From Patescibacteria group bacterium (GTDB lineage: Bacteria; Patescibacteriota; Patescibacteriia; UBA9934; GWF2-40-263): 64,000 nt of DNA. The stretch's first letter is position 1; each line of letters starts with the position of its first letter. Below are positions 27,473-35,770 of this stretch, piece after piece. The stretch is from contig SCUM01000001.1 of NCBI GenBank assembly GCA_004297215.1, positions 417,181 to 481,180 on the forward strand, in the 5' to 3' direction. A program made the translations under genes and the position numbers. The notes beneath the pieces are model-generated. The model worked only from the letters and a program-made list of their open reading frames with translations, was not told the origin of the DNA and ran no database searches.

Positions 27473-28606
27473 TTATGTGCCGTTTTGCTCGAACAGCTTG
27501 AGGTACTCCTTATGCTTGTAGGTCTGGCCGTAGCGCTTCTCTTGCGGGTGGAGGATCCCTTCTTTGACAAGCCGACGGGCGAGGTTATATGCCCCTTGGC
27601 GCGAGACGCCCGCGACTTCCTCGATTCTCCGCGCGTTGATGATTGGCGACTTATACAGCTCCTTGAGCACCGCCAGAGCCCCGACGCTCGTCTTCCTTGG
27701 AAGCAACGCGATCGTTACCATGTCACGCTCGCGCAACATGACGATGGCATCACATGTTGCGATCGCCTCGGTCGCCACCTCGATGACGCCTTTCAGGAAG
27801 AATTGCAGCCACGCTTCGACGGATCCCTCCCGATATTCATCAAGACGTTCGAAATACGCCTTGCGATGCTTCTTCAGGAAGGCGGAGAGGTACAGGACCG
27901 GCCGAGCCAGGATTCCCTGTTGGCACAGGTAGAACGTCATGAGCAGGCGACCCATCCGCCCGTTCCCGTCGCGGAACGGATGGATGGTCTCGAACTGCGC
28001 GTGCGCGATTCCCGCCTTCAACAACGGCGGGATCTCCTTGGACTTGTGGAGGAACATTTCCAAGTCACCCAAGGTCCGCAACAGCTCATGTGCCGGCGGC
28101 GGCACGTACCTCGCGTCGAACGGGCTCGTCCCGTCAATCCAGTTCTGGTCATTACGAAACTGGCCGGGCCTCGGGTCATGGTCGCTGCGGGCATCCGTCA
28201 TCAGCACCTCGTGCACGTCCTTAAGAAGCCGTAGCGTCAATGGAAAATCTTTCAATCTCTCCAATCCGGCATCCATGGCCTGGATATAATGCAGGATGTC
28301 GTCCACGTCCTGCGGCAGACCCGGGACTTTCTCGATTTCCGCCTGCAACGCATCGCTCAATTTCGCCCTCGTGCCCTCGATCTGGCTCGAATAGGCCGCT
28401 TCCTTCTTCACGTACATGAAGATGAAGAAGCCGATATCAGGCAACAGCTTGGTGATGCCATCCAGCTTACCTAGACGCAACGTAGCCTCGGCAAGCAGCC
28501 GGATTGTCTCAGGCTGCGTAACGAAGGAAGCCCCGCCCGGTGGAAATCGGTCAGGAATGAAGGCTTTATATCCTTCTTTTTGCTTTACATTGGCCCCGAT
28601 TCGCAT
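27473..28606 (-). CDS. Fic family protein with C-terminal wHTH
   Basis: HPFRDGNGRMGR, SSQIEG inhibitory motif. Confidence 0.93.
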   Translation of the reverse strand: MRIGANVKQKEGYKAFIPDRFPPGGASFVTQPETIRLLAEATLRLGKLDGITKLLPDIGFFIFMYVKKEAAYSSQIEGTRAKLSDALQAEIEKVPGLPQDVDDILHYIQAMDAGLERLKDFPLTLRLLKDVHEVLMTDARSDHDPRPGQFRNDQNWIDGTSPFDARYVPPPAHELLRTLGDLEMFLHKSKEIPPLLKAGIAHAQFETIHPFRDGNGRMGRLLMTFYLCQQGILARPVLYLSAFLKKHRKAYFERLDEYREGSVEAWLQFFLKGVIEVATEAIATCDAIVMLRERDMVTIALLPRKTSVGALAVLKELYKSPIINARRIEEVAGVSRQGAYNLARRLVKEGILHPQEKRYGQTYKHKEYLKLFEQNGT

Positions 28607-28608
28607 AC

Positions 28609-28675
28609 ATTGACATCTGTGTTATCAATGTCAATATTTAGACACTTTTTTTGACTTTAGTCAAACACATGTCAA
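28609..28675 (-). promoter_or_regulatory. Putative operator/promoter region of the fic gene
   Basis: ATTGACAT-N11-ATGTCAAT and TTTGACT-TT-AGTCAAA palindromes; minus-strand TTGACA at 28675-28670. Confidence 0.55.
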
Positions 28676-28690
28676 GATCCCAACTCGGCG

Positions 28691-29158
28691 TCAGCCGTTC
28701 GGCCGCCAAATGGCAAAGGTGAGGTAGGTCGCGAAACAGACCCAGGCGAAGTACGGCGCGAGGAGCCACGAGGCGGCGCGTGAAGTCGGGCGGACCTGCC
28801 AGATGAGCCAGGCCACGTTCGCGGCGAGCGCCGCGGACACGAGGACCGCCGGACCGACGAGATGCAGGCCGAAGAACGTGACGCTCCAACCGACGTTGAG
28901 CAGGCCGTTCACGACGAACCCGCCGATGACCCGGCGGAATTCCCTGCCCCGCCTGGCATGCGTCCAATACACGATGATCGAAACGGCCGCGAGCACGAAC
29001 AGGACCGTCCACACCGTGCCAATCACGTTCCCGCCCGGCGTCCACGCCGGCACCTGAATCGTCCGATACCAATCCATCCCCCGCGCCGTCACCAAACTCC
29101 CCGCCAGGGCGGTGAGAAAGACGAGGGTGACGATGACGAAGTTCGACTTGGTGAGCAT
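28691..29158 (-). CDS. tspO: TspO/MBR tryptophan-rich sensory protein
   Basis: WY..VPAWTPG..IGTVWTVLF, LNVGWS..FFG, LAPYFAWVCFATYL. Confidence 0.92.
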   Translation of the reverse strand: MLTKSNFVIVTLVFLTALAGSLVTARGMDWYRTIQVPAWTPGGNVIGTVWTVLFVLAAVSIIVYWTHARRGREFRRVIGGFVVNGLLNVGWSVTFFGLHLVGPAVLVSAALAANVAWLIWQVRPTSRAASWLLAPYFAWVCFATYLTFAIWRPNG

Positions 29159-29213
29159 GGAAACAATGATACACCGTGAAACGAAAGGCGGCACCAGATG
29201 GTACCGCCGAGCA

Positions 29214-29483
29214 CTACGCCTTTTCGTAGAAGGTGAAGGTGTATTTCATCTCCGGCTGTTTCACGACGAGCCAATGCGTTGGCCCCAGCCCGTCGACCAT
29301 CGTCTTCCCGATCCCCTCTTCGGAAACCGTGTACCCGACGACGCGGTCGTCGAAGTCTTTGCAATGCCTTTGCCCCATCTGGACCGCCACTTCGATCGGC
29401 CCGCAGCCCGAGCCGATTGCCTTGTATCCCCCAAGCTCGTCTTCACGCAGCGGAAAGATCGTCTTCGTCCGATTCGGCTCCAT
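29214..29483 (-). CDS. Hypothetical protein
   Basis: ORF with GGAG upstream of ATG. Confidence 0.45.
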   Translation of the reverse strand: MEPNRTKTIFPLREDELGGYKAIGSGCGPIEVAVQMGQRHCKDFDDRVVGYTVSEEGIGKTMVDGLGPTHWLVVKQPEMKYTFTFYEKA

Positions 29484-29549
29484 AAAACTCCAAAACTCTC
29501 CCGGAACGGAAGAGTTTGATGAGGTTACTTCTTCGAACAATGGCTGAAA

Positions 29550-29597
29550 GTCCTGAGCGTAGTCCCTTAAGCTTCTCACGGGACGGAGTCGAAGGAC
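29550..29597. repeat. CCTGAG..TCGAAGG family repeat with internal insert
   Basis: GTCCTGAGCGTAGTC..GGAGTCGAAGGAC. Confidence 0.55.
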
Positions 29598-29765
29598 GGG
29601 TCAAAGGGCCGATTCCCTCGCTGCGCTCTGGATAGTATTCAGTTGTGCCCTCACGTTAACGGCTGAAAGTACGAAGGTCAAGAATGCGCAATATTGTTAA
29701 GTAATTTTCTGTGGATAAGCGGCTTGTATTTTGATGCTTTAGGGTTGATAATTAATACAACCCAT

Positions 29766-31127
29766 ATGAACCTTGGCGGCGCAATCAGATCCGCAAGAGA
29801 GGAGCTCGGTGTCGGCATTAAAAAACTTGCCGCCGAACTTGATATCGATTACTCGCACCTGAGTAAGATCGAGAACTGTCACATCAAGCCGTCAAAGGAC
29901 CTGCTCATGCGACTCGCTTATGCGCTCCAAAAAGACGTCGACGAATGGCTGATCCTCTCGGGTTGTCTCCCAACCGACATCGCCAGGGCCGCCGCTCAGG
30001 ACCCCGCGGGATTTCTAAAAAACCTTAGACGTTCTAAATACTGTAAACCTGAAGGAGGGAGTGTGATGAAAAAAAATACGCGAAACCCAGTCATCAGTCT
30101 TTTCACCGGAGCGGGCGGAATGGATCTCGGATTGGAGGAAGCGGGATTCGATACCGTGCTATCCGTTGAATTCAATCCCGTATTTCGTCAGACGATCCGC
30201 CTGAATCGTCCTGATTGGAATCCGGTCGACGACCATAACGGCGACGTGACGAAAATCTCCGTCGATTATATTTTGGAGAAAACCGGTTTAAAACCGGGCC
30301 AGGCCGCGCTGGTCGTCGGCGGCGCACCCTGTCAGCCTTTCAGCAATCTCGGCTCAAAGAGAGGCACGGCCGATTCCCGCGGAACGCTTTTCCAGGATTT
30401 CATCAGAATCGTAAAAGGCGTCAGGCCAAAGGGTTTCATCTTCGAGAACGTGGAGGGTCTGACACAGGACAAGCATAAAGGAGTGATCTCCACTTTGGAG
30501 AGCGCGTTTGCGAATCTCGGTTACCGCGTGTCCTCAAAAATCCTTCTGGCCGCCGACTACGGCGTTCCTCAGAAACGAAAACGCCTTTTCGTCATCGGGG
30601 TCAGATCCGGAAAAAATGCTCCGTCCTTCCCCGAGCCTACGCATTCAAAAACCAACGAGCCTGGAAAAAAGGCATGGGTTACGGTTCGTGAAGCCTTCGC
30701 GAAGATTCCGAAAGAACGTTTGAACCAGAATGATTGCCATTCCATGAATCATTCGCCTGGCATGCTAAAGCGACTTTCCTTGGTTCCAGCAGGAGGAAAC
30801 TTTAAGGATCTCCCGAAACGACTGCTCCCCGATTGCTGGAAAAGCGGCAAGTATCAGGGTCAGGATACCTTCGGCAGGGTCAAGTGGAACGAACCGTCAG
30901 TGACCATCCGAACCTGCGGATATAATCCGACAAAAGGACGATACATTCATCCGTCCGAAAACCGCGGTCTTAACACGATCGAGATGGCCGTATTGCAAAG
31001 TTTCCCGATCGATTACAAATATTGCGGCGGACTGAAGACAGTCGGAGAGCAGATCGGCAATGCGGTGCCGCCCGGTCTCGCAAAAGCAGTGGGCCTTTCC
31101 ATGAAAGAAGCGATCGGCTTAGCCTGA
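29766..31127 (+). CDS. XRE-HTH-fused C5 DNA cytosine methyltransferase
   Basis: N-terminal HTH (SHLSKIE); motifs FTGAGG, GGAPCQPFS, ENV, QKRKR, QIGNAV. Confidence 0.93.
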   Translation: MNLGGAIRSAREELGVGIKKLAAELDIDYSHLSKIENCHIKPSKDLLMRLAYALQKDVDEWLILSGCLPTDIARAAAQDPAGFLKNLRRSKYCKPEGGSVMKKNTRNPVISLFTGAGGMDLGLEEAGFDTVLSVEFNPVFRQTIRLNRPDWNPVDDHNGDVTKISVDYILEKTGLKPGQAALVVGGAPCQPFSNLGSKRGTADSRGTLFQDFIRIVKGVRPKGFIFENVEGLTQDKHKGVISTLESAFANLGYRVSSKILLAADYGVPQKRKRLFVIGVRSGKNAPSFPEPTHSKTNEPGKKAWVTVREAFAKIPKERLNQNDCHSMNHSPGMLKRLSLVPAGGNFKDLPKRLLPDCWKSGKYQGQDTFGRVKWNEPSVTIRTCGYNPTKGRYIHPSENRGLNTIEMAVLQSFPIDYKYCGGLKTVGEQIGNAVPPGLAKAVGLSMKEAIGLA

Positions 31128-31134
31128 AGCGAGC

Positions 31135-31995
31135 TCATTTGCGCGTGGAGCGATCAAAAAAATCATCGATGTCCGATAACTTCCTGATGCATGAAATCCC
31201 GTCGACAGCTCGAACGGATTCCGCGAACACGTTCGTGATTGACGAAATCGCCGCCGTCTTTAATACGGCCTGGTCGGGTCCCGTAGGTTCCGTGTTGGTA
31301 AGCGCGTAATACTTGGTCGAAAAATCGATTTTCCAATAACGCGTCTGCAAGTGCGCCGTGAGAGCCTTGATGATGTTCCCTTCGTGGACGAACTGATAAC
31401 GCCGGTCGGGACGGACCGACGTCTTGGCCGAAACGACGAATTTCATCCCGTCGAACGGGCATCTGCCGACGAACTTCTGATAAAGCCTGTCTAAAAATTC
31501 AGCGGTCGTTTCGTCAAACGTCTTGATGGCGGGTTGCGAGAAGGCGGCAGCCGCGGATTCACGATCGATTTTTCGCAGATCCAGGCAAACGAAGTCCGGG
31601 TTGGACATCTGCAGTTCGATGCCCTGCAGTGAGAGATGATCCTTGAGCTCACGGATCCTTGAGCGGACGTCTTCATCAAAAAATTCAGTGAACTCCACGG
31701 CGCTCACGTTCGGGATGGTGAATAGGCAGAATTTCCCGGATTTCTTGGAGAGGTTGTAAAATCTTGCCGCCAGAAGCATTTCGAACCACTCTCCCCTCGC
31801 GTTATTAAACGCGTTCGAATTGATGGCGACGCCGATCTCGCTCGCTTCCTTCCTCACAAAGGCCTCGATCTTTGCCAGAGCCTCCTCGATGTCGCAGTCT
31901 TCCGGAATTTCCGGAAAAACGGCAGAGATGGCCTTGACCCTCTTAATCTTCCATGAATTTCCTGAGGTCTGTTCGAGCGTCCTAGGTGCTGGCAT
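31135..31995 (-). CDS. Cfr10I/Bse634I-family type II restriction endonuclease
   Basis: NARGEWFE, SNPDF, KTSVRPDRRYQFVHEG. Confidence 0.85.
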   Translation of the reverse strand: MPAPRTLEQTSGNSWKIKRVKAISAVFPEIPEDCDIEEALAKIEAFVRKEASEIGVAINSNAFNNARGEWFEMLLAARFYNLSKKSGKFCLFTIPNVSAVEFTEFFDEDVRSRIRELKDHLSLQGIELQMSNPDFVCLDLRKIDRESAAAAFSQPAIKTFDETTAEFLDRLYQKFVGRCPFDGMKFVVSAKTSVRPDRRYQFVHEGNIIKALTAHLQTRYWKIDFSTKYYALTNTEPTGPDQAVLKTAAISSITNVFAESVRAVDGISCIRKLSDIDDFFDRSTRK

Positions 31996-32032
31996 ATTAG
32001 CCAGAGTCTATCCGCTCCACCCGAAAAAGGCC

Positions 32033-32440
32033 ATGGATATCTTTTCTCCGAAAAAACGCAGTGAAATAATGTCTGCGATCCGCAGCAAGGGCACGAAGCC
32101 GGAAAAGACCGTCTTCCGTGCGCTTCGGGCTAGCGGTATCTACTTCCGGACCCACTACAAGCGAGCCGTCGGGACGCCGGACATCGCCTTGCCCAAAAAG
32201 AAAATCGCCATCTTCATCGATGGTGATTTTTGGCATGGCTACCGCTACCCTGCCTGGAAGCGCAAGCTCAAGCCGTTCTGGAGGGCGAAGATTGAACGCA
32301 ACCGGGCTCGTGATAAACGCACATTCGCGAGGCTACGACGTGATGGATGGAAGGTGCTGCGAATATGGGAACATGAGTTGACGAAATCCAGAGCGGAGAC
32401 GACCATCCGACGGATTGCCGAATATCTATCCCACATTTAG
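32033..32440 (+). CDS. vsr: Very short patch repair endonuclease
   Basis: MDIFSPKKRSEIMSAIRSKGTKPE, GTPDI, FIDGDFWHG, GWKVLRIWE. Confidence 0.95.
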   Translation: MDIFSPKKRSEIMSAIRSKGTKPEKTVFRALRASGIYFRTHYKRAVGTPDIALPKKKIAIFIDGDFWHGYRYPAWKRKLKPFWRAKIERNRARDKRTFARLRRDGWKVLRIWEHELTKSRAETTIRRIAEYLSHI

Positions 32441-32449
32441 AATCGATGT

Positions 32450-33082
32450 TTAAGCAGCCTTTACGACCTGTACTACCTTTCCAGCAATGAAAAGATTATC
32501 GTCTGAGTGTAGGATAATCGGCGTAAAAGATTCGGTAGATTCAGGCACAAGAGTCATCGTTTTGTTTTTCTTATCCAAACGGACCTTTTTAATTGTTGCG
32601 CAGCCGTCGATCACACTAACGACATAATCGTTGTCTCGTGGAGTTTTCTCTGTTCGATCGACTAGGACCAAGTCTCCATTTTCAATGTTTGAACCTTTCA
32701 GATTTGCTCTATTCATTGAGTTTCCGACAGCGCGAATTGCAAAAATTTTTCTCTGACCGACAATCCGTTTTGATACTTTCAAATAACCCTCGACTTCATC
32801 ATTGGCAATGATTGAGGCCGTGCCACAATTCGCGGCACCAAAAATGGGAACTGAAATAAAATCTCTAGAAATCTTCTGAGGATTTGCAAGAAGATATTCT
32901 CGATTGAGAAAATCCGCGGTAATCAACCCGCGTTCCTGAAGACGAGTGAGATGATGTTTGACGATTTGGGGCGCGTCAGGAGCGCCAACAAGGCCTCCGA
33001 TTTCACGCAGGGTTTTTCCAGACAGCCGGCGAGTTTTGGCCAGGTCGAGCAACTTTTTCTGAATTTTGTGAATGGGTCCCAT
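32450..33082 (-). CDS. LexA-like S24 family repressor
   Basis: wHTH (TLREIG..HHL..L..RG), ANCG cleavage site, GNSM and ATIKK catalytic Ser/Lys. Confidence 0.88.
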   Translation of the reverse strand: MGPIHKIQKKLLDLAKTRRLSGKTLREIGGLVGAPDAPQIVKHHLTRLQERGLITADFLNREYLLANPQKISRDFISVPIFGAANCGTASIIANDEVEGYLKVSKRIVGQRKIFAIRAVGNSMNRANLKGSNIENGDLVLVDRTEKTPRDNDYVVSVIDGCATIKKVRLDKKNKTMTLVPESTESFTPIILHSDDNLFIAGKVVQVVKAA

Positions 33083-33088
33083 ATCGCG

Positions 33089-33117
33089 ATGATAATGGAG
33101 TGGTGCAAAATAGTCAA
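33089..33117 (-). promoter_or_regulatory. Leaderless sigma70 promoter of the LexA-like gene
   Basis: TTGACT-17-TATCAT ending 6 nt before ATG; GTCAA-T-TTGAC palindrome overlaps the -35. Confidence 0.6.
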
Positions 33118-33249
33118 TTTGACGGAATTGACAGCCTAGACAAGCCCCACTACCATGATGGGGTCCGAAGCGGGAGAGAGGAACTGCCGGGCGAGCTCCC
33201 ACAGGTAAAGGTCGGGCTCGAGCGAGGACCTTAATTCACCAGAATGCAT

Positions 33250-33417
33250 ATGGCACGTACGACACCATACCATTCCATCAATGGCACCGTTCATCACGTG
33301 TACACCCAGTGTACCGTGGGGAACAACATCGAGCGCGACAAGCGTCGCGACGGGACGGGCAACCTCCCGCTCTGCTCCGTGTGTCACGACATTGATCGCG
33401 GCTTGCGCGACAGGTAG
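33250..33417 (+). CDS. 55-aa putative zinc-binding protein (below ORF-track cutoff)
   Basis: MARTTPYHSINGTVHHVYTQCTVGNNIERDKRRDGTGNLPLCSVCHDIDRGLRDR. Confidence 0.65.
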   Translation: MARTTPYHSINGTVHHVYTQCTVGNNIERDKRRDGTGNLPLCSVCHDIDRGLRDR

Positions 33418-33481
33418 ACGCCGGCTAAATCGGGCGGGGACGCATGTCCTCGCCCGATCAAAGATTAATATAAGAACAAAT

Positions 33482-33685
33482 ATGCCCAAATCTACTCGCA
33501 ACACGGGGAAACAGTGGTCGGCGACGGATGAGAAGGCGCTTCGAGGTCTTGCCGGGAAAAATACCCCTACACGTGTCATGGGCCTTAAGCTCGGCCGTAC
33601 GGAAAATGCGATCAATTCCAAAGCCCAGGAGCTGGGAGTTAGCCTGAAGCCGACAAATCAACCGCCATATAACCGTAAAAAATGA
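33482..33685 (+). CDS. Small basic Myb/HTH-like protein
   Basis: GKQWSATDEKAL..LKLGRTENAINSKA. Confidence 0.75.
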   Translation: MPKSTRNTGKQWSATDEKALRGLAGKNTPTRVMGLKLGRTENAINSKAQELGVSLKPTNQPPYNRKK

Positions 33686-33709
33686 TTGAACGCTGGCGGG
33701 CCCGGTTTC

Positions 33710-35005
33710 CTACATCAACCCGCTCATGAACTCCATCACCCGCTCATCCATCATCAGATGCCTTAGCATCACCGGCTTAGCCAGCACGATTCCCTCCAGA
33801 GTCCGGCACCGGCTCAATGCCACGTACACCTGCCCCGCAGCAAATGCCCCGGTGCCGAGGTCGACGATCACCTTGTCGAAGGTCTTGCCCTGGCTCTTAT
33901 GAATCGTCGCCGCCCACGCTAGGCGGAGCGGGACCTGGGTGAAGGTGCCTACTTTTTCCTGATCGAGCGTCTTGGCCTTCTGGTCGTATGCGGAGCGGTA
34001 GAGCGTCCACGTGGTGGGCGAAACGGTGAAGGTCTCGTCATCGTCGGTAAGGACCTCTACGGAAACGTCGTTGAGCTTGGTGACGGTGCCGAGCGTGCCG
34101 TTCACCCAGCGGCCTTCGCCGTCGTTCTTCACGAACATCACGCGGGCGCCTTTCTTGAGGAGCAGGCTTGCGTCCGTTGGCATGTCGCGCTCGGGGAAGC
34201 CGCCGGTGGTGCGGCCTTCGTACGCCACGGCCTTGCCGGAGAGCGCCTTAAGGCGGCGGTCGTTCACTTCATCGGCGGCGGCGTTGGTGGTGGTGAGGTA
34301 GATGTAGCTGGCGGCATCGCCCTTGAGCTTGCCGTCCACGCGGTCGTTGAGCTTGTTCAACTGCGCGGCGTCCATGGACCGGTCGCGCACGGTGTTAAGC
34401 AGCGACACGAAATCCTTGTCGCGCTGGCGGTAGACCGTTTCGAGCTCGATGAAGGCGACCTTGCCAACGTCGGTGAGGTTCCGCACCACGTCGGAGGAAA
34501 AGAAGTACGGGGTGCCGTAGCGGTCGGCGAAGGCGGTGCGTTCGTCGGAGCGGATGACGGGCGGGAGCTGGAACAGGTCGCCGATGGCGATCACGCGCAC
34601 CCCGCCGAACGGGCGCTTGTCGCGGCGGACGGTGCGCAGGAAGATGTCCATGCAGTCCATGAGGTCGGCGCGCACCATGGAGATCTCGTCGATCACGAGC
34701 GCGTCGACGGACTGGTACAGCTGCGGCGGGGCTTCCTTGCCGTCATGCTGCGCCTCGAACAGGGTGATGCCCGGGGAGAAGCGAAAAAAGGAATGGATGG
34801 TTTCCCCTTCGATGTTGAGCGCGGCGACCCCGGTGGGCGCGAGATAGGCGCATTTGAGCTTCGTGGTCTTGCGAAACTCCTTCAGCAGGGTGGATTTCCC
34901 CGTCCCGGCGCGGCCGGTCACGAAAACGAAGGGGTCGTCCCCTTCCATGAAACGGATCGCGGCGTCGAACGCAGGATTTTTCTCTAAAACCGAACGGGTC
35001 GCCAT
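33710..35005 (-). CDS. Pif1-like SF1B DNA helicase
   Basis: GRAGTGKS, APTGVAA, IDEISMV, GDLFQLPPV, TIHKSQGKT, YVALSR. Confidence 0.93.
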   Translation of the reverse strand: MATRSVLEKNPAFDAAIRFMEGDDPFVFVTGRAGTGKSTLLKEFRKTTKLKCAYLAPTGVAALNIEGETIHSFFRFSPGITLFEAQHDGKEAPPQLYQSVDALVIDEISMVRADLMDCMDIFLRTVRRDKRPFGGVRVIAIGDLFQLPPVIRSDERTAFADRYGTPYFFSSDVVRNLTDVGKVAFIELETVYRQRDKDFVSLLNTVRDRSMDAAQLNKLNDRVDGKLKGDAASYIYLTTTNAAADEVNDRRLKALSGKAVAYEGRTTGGFPERDMPTDASLLLKKGARVMFVKNDGEGRWVNGTLGTVTKLNDVSVEVLTDDDETFTVSPTTWTLYRSAYDQKAKTLDQEKVGTFTQVPLRLAWAATIHKSQGKTFDKVIVDLGTGAFAAGQVYVALSRCRTLEGIVLAKPVMLRHLMMDERVMEFMSGLM

Positions 35006-35007
35006 TC

Positions 35008-35289
35008 CTAATGCTTCTTCCCCCGTTTCTCAATCACGTAGTCTACGAGCCGTTCCATCGGCGCGAGGACGCTTGCCATGCTCCCCGTGGCGCTCTCGAA
35101 CCGGTGCCGGATGGTGCTGATGGCGTACTCGATGCGATCCACCTTGTCCTGCACTTCCGCCAGCACGTCGTTGAAGTTCTTCACCAACATGGCCGCTTGG
35201 AAAATGAGCCAGAACATCGCGGCGCTGACCCAAAGGGCGCAGAACGCGAGGACGATGTAGAGAATATCCAGTGGGGAGAGGGGGGGCAT
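35008..35289 (-). CDS. Small membrane-anchored coiled-coil protein
   Basis: One N-terminal TM followed by a helical segment. Confidence 0.7.
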   Translation of the reverse strand: MPPLSPLDILYIVLAFCALWVSAAMFWLIFQAAMLVKNFNDVLAEVQDKVDRIEYAISTIRHRFESATGSMASVLAPMERLVDYVIEKRGKKH

Positions 35290-35310
35290 GGGGTTGAGGG
35301 TGAACCGTGC

Positions 35311-35355
35311 GGGTTTGAAGGGTTGGAAGGGTTTGAAGGGTTTGAAGGGTGAAGG
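35311..35355. repeat. 9-mer array, left flank of four-helix-bundle gene 1
   Basis: GGGTTTGAA GGGTTGGAA GGGTTTGAA GGGTTTGAA GGGTGAAGG. Confidence 0.9.
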
Positions 35356-35363
35356 AAGTCTTT

Positions 35364-35720
35364 TTATTTAAGAGCTTCGATCATCCGCCGCAAAAGGAAC
35401 CCTGTCCTGCCCCGCAATTGTTCTAGTATAGCGTATTTCTCTTTGGAGAGATATCCGAGCTTGGTGGAAAGTTCCAATAAGTAGGCACATTCGGCGGCAG
35501 AACCACGGCTGATTACAAGGAACCTGACAAAATCCGGCCGGGTGGCCCTTGCCTGTCCTTCAACGATGTTCAGGGCGATTGACGATGCGGCACGGCGAAG
35601 TTGTGACGTGAGACCGAACTTCTCCTCTTCAGGAAAATTGGCGGTCGCTTGATACACAGCGACGACGAACCGGTCCGCAGCTTCCCACGCAAGCAGTTTC
35701 TTGTACGGTTGTTCCGTCAC
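35364..35720 (-). CDS. Four helix bundle protein (23S-IVP/bAvd-like family)
   Basis: YKKLLAW..FPEEEKFGLTSQLRRAASSIALNIVEG..SRGSAAE. Confidence 0.93.
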   Translation of the reverse strand: MTEQPYKKLLAWEAADRFVVAVYQATANFPEEEKFGLTSQLRRAASSIALNIVEGQARATRPDFVRFLVISRGSAAECAYLLELSTKLGYLSKEKYAILEQLRGRTGFLLRRMIEALK

Positions 35721-35740
35721 AAATCAATAAACCCAACCAC

Positions 35741-35770
35741 CACCCTTCAAACCCTTCCGACCCTTCCAAC
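35741..35770. repeat. 9-mer array, right (inverted) flank of four-helix-bundle gene 1
   Basis: CACCCTTCAAACCCTTCCGACCCTTCCAAC; 28/30 match to the reverse complement of 35322-35351. Confidence 0.9.
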
